A DNA stretch of 64,000 nucleotides, from the NCBI RefSeq assembly GCF_009914755.1, contig NC_060925.1. The stretch is one strand, 5' to 3'. Shown in pieces: positions 56,788 through 64,000 of the stretch (positions within the stretch are counted from its first letter, which is position 1; every line of letters starts with the position of its first letter). The translations under genes were made by a program, and so were the position numbers. A model generated the notes under the pieces. It saw nothing but the letters and a program-made list of their open reading frames with translations, made no database searches and was not told where the DNA came from. This DNA is from the human T2T-CHM13v2.0 reference genome, Homo sapiens.

Positions 56788-58360
56788 CTTTTTTTGGTAA
56801 ATGTACAGTTTAGTGAATTTTGGAATTTTTATACAGTTTTCTAACAACAACCACAATTAAGATGTAGAACAGGCCCATCACTTCAAAAAGTTCCCTCCTC
56901 CCGCATTCAACATCTACCCTGATTTTCAACCCAAGCAACCACCGATCTGCCCTTCTGCCACTGAAATTTGCTTTCTTATTTTTAAAAATTACATATAAAT
57001 GAAATCATACAGTATGCATTCCTTTTTGTCTGGATTTCTAAATTCAGCATAATTAAGATTCACCATCTTGTGGCATATAGTAATATTTCTGTTCCTTTTT
57101 ATTGTTGTGTAATTTCCATGCAATGGGGATATATCTGTTCATCGGTTGATGGACATATGGGTTATTTTCAGTTTGGGGCTATTAAGAATAATGCTGCTAT
57201 CAACAATTTTTATAAGTCTTTAGACTTTTTTTATTTCTCTTTGGTAAATACTTAAGAGAAGTAAGAAAATATTTGACTTTATATGATATTATCAAACTGT
57301 TTTATAAAATGGTTTTGGTGATTCACCCTTCTGTTAGTAGTTCCATTTGTTCCTCATCTTCACCAACACTTGCTATTTTCAGTCTCTGAAAATGTAACCA
57401 TTCTAGTAGGCGTATAGCGGCATCTCATTGTGGTGGTTTTTCTTCTTTTTTTTTTTATTGTGGCAAAATGCATGTAACATAAAACTTAACTGTTTTAGCT
57501 ATTTTTAAGTGTACAGTTGAATGGCATTAAGTACCCTCACAATGTTGTGCAACCACACCACGATCCATTTCCAGAACGTTTTCATTATCCCAACAGAAAC
57601 TCTGTACACGTTAAAAAACACACTCCTTGTTTCCTCGTTCCCCAGACCCTGTTAACATATTCTGCTTTCTGTCTCTATAAATTTGCCTATTCTACCCACC
57701 TTGGATAAGAGAATCATACAGTTTTATTCTTTCATGTCAGTCTTATATCACTTAGCATAATGTCTTCAAAGTTCATCCATGTTGTAGTATGTATCTGAAT
57801 TTTATTCATTTTTAAGGATTAATAATATTCTGTTGTATATTTTATAGATAGATAGATGATAGATAGATAGATAAACAGATTTTGCTTTTCCATTCATCTG
57901 TCAATGGACATTTGGGTTGCTTCCATTTTTTGGCTTTTGTGAATAATGCTGCTATGAACATTGGTGTACATGAATCTGAGTCCCTGCTTTCATTTATTGG
58001 TACATATATATATATATGTAGGAGTTGAATTAATGGATCATATAGTGATTCTATTTAACTTTTTGGGGAACTACCAAGCTATTCCTTAGTGGCTGTGCCT
58101 TTTTTTACTTTCATACCAGCAATGCACACAGGTTTCAATTTCTCTATATCCTTACCAACACTTGTTATTTGTCTTTTTAAATCGTAGCATTCTAATGATT
58201 TTGAAGTGATATCCCACTATGGTTTTGATATGCATTTCCCTAATTACTAATGATGCCGAGCATCTTTTCTTCTGCTTATTGGCCATTTGTATTTCTTTGG
58301 GGAAGTGTCTATTCAAGCCCTTTGCCTACTTGTTAATTGAGTTTTTTGTTGTTGATTTGT
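56788..58360 (-). mobile_element. L1M 3' fragments (a younger L1MB-like piece from ~57445 nested in an older one); (GATA)n at ~57845-57872
   Basis: Two antisense L1 3' ends with T-rich starts; tgttgtgcaaccacacc; gtgaataatgctgctatgaacatt. Confidence 0.8.
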
Positions 58361-59367
58361 AGACGAGGGATTTTGATATTGTCTCATACTCATATGCCTT
58401 TTAGGACACAGTTAATAAATATATACTTAAGTAAATATATTGTGTTTGAAGCTGACTAATACAGAGCTTCAAGTCTTAGAGTATCCATCCTTGAATTTCT
58501 CTCCAGATTTTTGAAGATAACAGAGCTGAAACGTGAGAAACTTAATCATTCAACCAGTTATTTGTTCTCTGTGATATCAAGAAAAAATATTTTTTGAGGG
58601 ATGGTGGGTAGACAAGTAGAAGACTGATCATTTATTTGGTATACTTTATCATTTAATAATTTATTTCTACTATTTTATATCACTTACATATGTATTTTGT
58701 CATCTCTAATACAGTGAATTATACTTTTAAGCTCTTCATAATTACCATCTATTCTGCTTTTTACTATCTTTGATGAAAAAAAGACACATGTGAACCTGCT
58801 AATAATAAAATATATGTTATCTTTTCTGATGAGTGTTACTGAGAGAAACAAATTTCACTTTCTTAAAAAAGTGGGCCTATAATTTAAAGACATGAGTTAG
58901 GTGTAATAGACATATTCAATGCTAATAACCCTTACTGGTTTTACATATTAAATGGAGCACAGTTTTAAAGAAAGTGTGATAATCTACCTACCCCAAAATA
59001 ACTCCTCAAGACACCTAGATGCAGATGAAATAAAACCATTTAAAATGCATGATCTATTATTAAAATGTAAGTGTTCCTGGTAGAGATATTATGGAACTAA
59101 AATCAGCTGTCCATATGTTAGTATTGACACCTTCATTTCATTATTTTATTCATCTCACTGAGTAGGTGATTGACTGTAAATTGCTGCCAAAGACAAAGTG
59201 ATAGTCTCTGGGTAGATTCTCAACTTCCATGTGAATGCTTTCCTAAAATAGAACCACCTGAGATCATGCCTGCTTATGGAGCTTCAAGTGGGATTTCCTT
59301 TCCCAGTGTCTTTTTCAAAAATTTGTTTCTCCCATTTCATAAAGACATGCTGCCTACCTATGGGGCA

Positions 59368-59725
59368 TGTATTAGTCCGTTCACATGCTGCTAATAAAGA
59401 CGTACCTGAGACTGGGTAATTTATAAAGGAAAGAGGTTTAATGGACTCATAGTTCAGCATTGCTGGGGAGGCCTCAGGAAACTTACAATCATGGCAGAAG
59501 GATAAACAAACCTGTCCTTCTTCACATGGCGGCAGCAAGAAGTGCCAAGCAAAAGGGGAAAACCAACAGATATGTGAGAACTCACTCACTATCACAAGAA
59601 CAGCATGAGTGTAACGATCCACATGATTCAATTACCTCCTACTGGGTCCCTCCCATGACATGTGGGGATTATGGGAACTACAACTCAAGATGAGATTTGG
59701 GTGGGGACACAGTCAAAACATATCA
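59368..59725 (-). mobile_element. THE1 (THE1C/D-like) MaLR solo LTR
   Basis: tgtattagtccgttc...gagactgggtaatttataaagg...gatgagatttgggtggggacacag...atatca; exact 5-bp TSD GGGCA. Confidence 0.93.
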
Positions 59726-59955
59726 GGGCACTAAAAGACAATTAAAAAATATACGCATCAGCAAAACCTTTTCTAGTGAAAGCACCATAACTCACAGTAA
59801 GGTCTTTGTCTTTGTCTCATACATATTTCTGTTAAGTGAGAAGATGATGGTAATGATGATCTTTGTCAGAGTGTTCTGAATTGAAATATATTGTACAGTG
59901 GGATACTTGGAATCATAACATCTTCTTCCATTTCTTGAATAATCTAGAAGATTAT

Positions 59956-60053
59956 CTTCCTTCCTTCCCTCTTTCCTGCCTTGCTTCCTGCCTACCTTCC
60001 TACCTTCCTTCCTGCCTTCCTTCCTGCCTTCTTTCCTACTTTCCTGCCTTCCT
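59956..60053. repeat. Degenerate (CCTT/CCTG)n polypyrimidine tract
   Basis: Seen directly; explains the low-complexity ORFs 59792-60067 and 59863-60105. Confidence 0.9.
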
Positions 60054-61309
60054 GATGGACTATGCACAATTTATTCAAAAAAATTCTGTGAATCCACAAA
60101 GATGAATATCCTGTTTTTACTATTAATAAAAAGAATTTGATGCTTATTCTCATTGACCTGAGTCTGTCCTGTTTGTGCAGTCTGAGTGATTTCAAGGAGG
60201 GTGAAAAGTTTCATGTTTGGATATACATGATGTCTGCAAGTAAAGGTTCTATATATTGAAGTAAGACAGTGTTTAATATTTTATTGAATATTTATTAAAT
60301 TGCGTAGGAGAAATATTTTCATTAACTTTTAAAATTACTTTAAAAAAATAACTTGAGTAATTAAAAGATGATTTGGTAATGTAAATTTATATTCACTATT
60401 GTTTTTTGGTTGTAAGTGCTCTTCTGCTGTCATTCGTCAATTGTTTCTCTGCTCATTAATTCATTCCTACTTTGTACTTACTAGAGTTATATTAATAGGA
60501 CTATATAGTGAATTACACCCCAAATAATGTACTTTATTACAATAATTCATTGCTTCTTTTATGTCCCACAATTACTAGTTGTTCAATGTCTTCTTTCCCT
60601 TTGACTCTTAATTCCATAAAGTAAATTACATTGCATTATTAAAAGCAGAATATCGACTTTTATTTTGGCATAGGGAAGAATAGCATTCTTTCCTATATTT
60701 CCTACATTTCCTTGATATTTTGAAAACAATACGCAAGAAGCTCTAGCGACAACTTCATTTTATTACAATTATTTTCTTCCTCTATGTTGATACTCTATTC
60801 TAATTTGTCAAATGCACATGTGCAAATGCAGTTATTTTTGACCAAGACTTTGTCAGTCTACCTCTGGATTGATATTTAATGTACTTTGAAACGATCTTGA
60901 AAATTGAAGTTTGGTAAATGGCCAAAGGGTTTCCCAGAATGTCTATACCATTCTCACTGGCAGCGTATGAGCTATTCAGTTTCTCCTCATCCTCACCAGC
61001 ATTTGGTATTATTACTATTTTTAATTTTAGCCATTATGATGGGTAAAATTTGTGGTTTTAATTTGCATTTTCTTGGTAGCTAACGATCTTGGTTTTCCTT
61101 ACATGTACTCATTTGCCATTTCTAAATCCTTATTAGTGAAATATCTGTTCATTTTCTTCCACATTTTCAAAGACTTTTGGGTTTTCTGACTATTTATTTT
61201 GAAAGTTTATTCTACAGTCTAGACCTTACTCTTTGGCAAATATGTAGTTTGCAAATATTTTATCCCTGCCTGTAATTTGTATTTTCATACTCTTAAAAGA
61301 GACTCTAAA

Positions 61310-61480
61310 GGTCTAGCGCAGTGGCACATGCCTATAGTCCCAACTGCTCAGGAAGCTGAGGTGGGATATCTTGAGCCAGGAGTTCAAGGCTGCAGTGCAC
61401 TATGATCGTGTCTTTGAATAGCCACTGCACTCCAGATTGGGCAACATAGTGAGATATCGTCTCTAAAAAATAAATATTAT
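61310..61480 (+). mobile_element. Alu monomer (FLAM/FRAM-like)
   Basis: gcgcagtggcacatgcctatagtcccaactgctcagg...gccactgcactccag...gtctctaaaaaa. Confidence 0.8.
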
Positions 61481-62147
61481 AAAGGGTCTTTCACTAAGCA
61501 AAAGTCCAAATTTTTATGAGGCCCAATTTATTAATTTTTTTCATCTAATGCTTGGGTGTCAAGTCTAAGAAATCTGTACATACCCCTAGATTTTATTCTA
61601 TGTTTATTTTTCTAAATCTTTTATAGTTTTACATTCTACATTTAAATCCATGATCCATTTCAACTTCATTTTTATATGTGAGGTTTAGTTTGAGAATTTT
61701 TGTTTGCTTGTTTTTTAACCTATAGCTATCTAATTGCTCCAGCACCATTTATACCACTTGTTAAAACATTTATCCCTTCCTCCATTGCAGTGCTTTTGCA
61801 CTTTTGTCAAAAAACAATTAGGAATATTGTAGTTCTATTTCTGGGTGTTCTATCCTGTTCTATTGGTGAATGTGTCTATCATTCTGCCAATATCATAGTA
61901 TCTTAATTACTGTAGCTATAAAATAGTCCTTTATATTGGAAAGAGTGATTCCTCATACTTCATTCTTTTTCAAGATTGTTTTAGCTATTCTAAGGACTGT
62001 GCCTTTTCACATAAATTCAAAACAAGTTGGACAGTGACTACATAAAGCTTGCTGGGATTTTGGTAGGAATTACATTAAACCTATATATCAGTTTGGGTAG
62101 AATTGACATATTCACTACATTGAGGCTTCCAAAGCATGAACAGAGTA

Positions 62148-62790
<643 letters not shown>

Positions 62791-63937
62791 GAATATGTGT
62801 CATCTTTGGTGAAGTATCTGCTTAAGTTATTTGCTCATTTTTAATTGGGTTGATTCCTTATTATTGGATTTTGAGAGTTTGTTATGTAATCTGGATTTAA
62901 AGTTCTCTGTTTTGTATGAAATTTAAAAATATTTACCCCTAGACTGTGGCTTGTCTTTTTATTCCCTTGACGGTGATCTAGCAGCGCGAAAGTTTTTAAT
63001 TTTAATCAAATCCCATTTTACTTTATGGGTCATGTTTCTGCTGCCATTTCTAACTTTTTGTCCAATCTCAGATTATGCAGAATTTCTGTTAGGTTTTGTT
63101 CTAAGCATTGTATAGTTTTGTGAAGAGTGTATTGACTTTGGATGAGCAAATAAAATGAGTTACTTGATAATACAGTTCCTTCTTGGTGGTGTAGTTTGCC
63201 CTACTGATATTGGAGAGTTATAGGAGCCTTATGGACAGGACTGCATACCTGTGAATGTCTCTTGCATCACATACAGGCAGAAGCACAGCCTGTTATCCAC
63301 CATTTAAAATAGTCTGATAATCAAGTTTTTTTAATGTGTGTTAGATTCATTTGGTAACACCACCTGATCTGATTTAATATGAGACTACTTGTAGTTTTTA
63401 TTTATCCCTCTTAATGTGACCACCACACATGCTATAGAAATTTTCATGTGTTGAATTAGGGGTCCTACTCCAGTCCCTGATCAGAGTATTCCAAAATATT
63501 CAGTGTATAGACTGTATTACATATCTACCCTCTAAAAAAATTTTGAATTCTGAAACACATTTGCTTACAAGAGTTTCAGATAGAGGACTGTGCATCAGAA
63601 ACTTAAATGGTTCTTGTGATATGATAGTTCTCATCGTCACTACAGGGAACCTCTTCTTCAGGCGTCCCCTAATCCTGGTCAGAAGTTCTCACTAATTTGA
63701 TTGAGGATGGAAAGAGGGGTCACTACATTTACTGCATCATTCAACCCAAATTATGATGTTTCTCTTATGTCTAAGGAGATTGCTTGATATCTTTTTCCAT
63801 TCTTCTTTCTTGTCATAAAAATACTGACCAGTCAGCCCTTAAATATCAGGGAAGGCCTCAGCGTTCATATTATGGTTTGTGTGCCGGTACATGTGTGAGT
63901 TAGAAGCAGGATGGGAGATCTGGATTAGGCATGACTA

Positions 63938-64000
63938 TCTGTAGTATCAAGCATCTACTGGGGGTCTTGGAATGTCTCCCTTGTGAATAAGGGGGACTTC
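63938..64000 (+). mobile_element. MER44/Tigger7 terminal fragment
   Basis: gcatctactgggggtcttggaatgtctcccttgtgaataagggggact matches the MER44 right end also seen at ~62740-62790. Confidence 0.7.

Overview
Primate (human-like) non-coding genomic DNA, AT-rich and dominated by interspersed repeats: Alus (J/S/Y), old L1M and L1PB fragments, L2/MIR, MaLR/ERV1 solo LTRs, hAT and Tigger MITEs, and a decayed ERV-L provirus (22848-25708) with matching GTTAC target-site duplications. I can support no protein-coding gene, RNA gene, CRISPR array or prokaryote-type system; the ORF track is repeat-derived or random. The real signal is a set of DNA-repair or template-switch scars visible in the sequence. 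(1) A ~1-1.35 kb post-insertion inversion splits one L1, with fold-back hairpins at both breakpoints (6751-6771, 8109-8127). (2) A 73-bp inverted copy of nearby L2 sequence sits inside an Alu (51942-52014 = reverse complement of 53347-53419). (3) A hairpin plus a 32-bp copy of sequence 1.9 kb away lies inside a short L1 fragment (54805-54877). (4) An 81-bp dispersed duplication (29842-29922 / 31090-31170). (5) A probable microhomology-mediated deletion in the ERV-L. A few repeat-free blocks carry enhancer-like motif clusters. Repeat subfamily names come from recalled consensus sequences, and boundaries of old elements are approximate.
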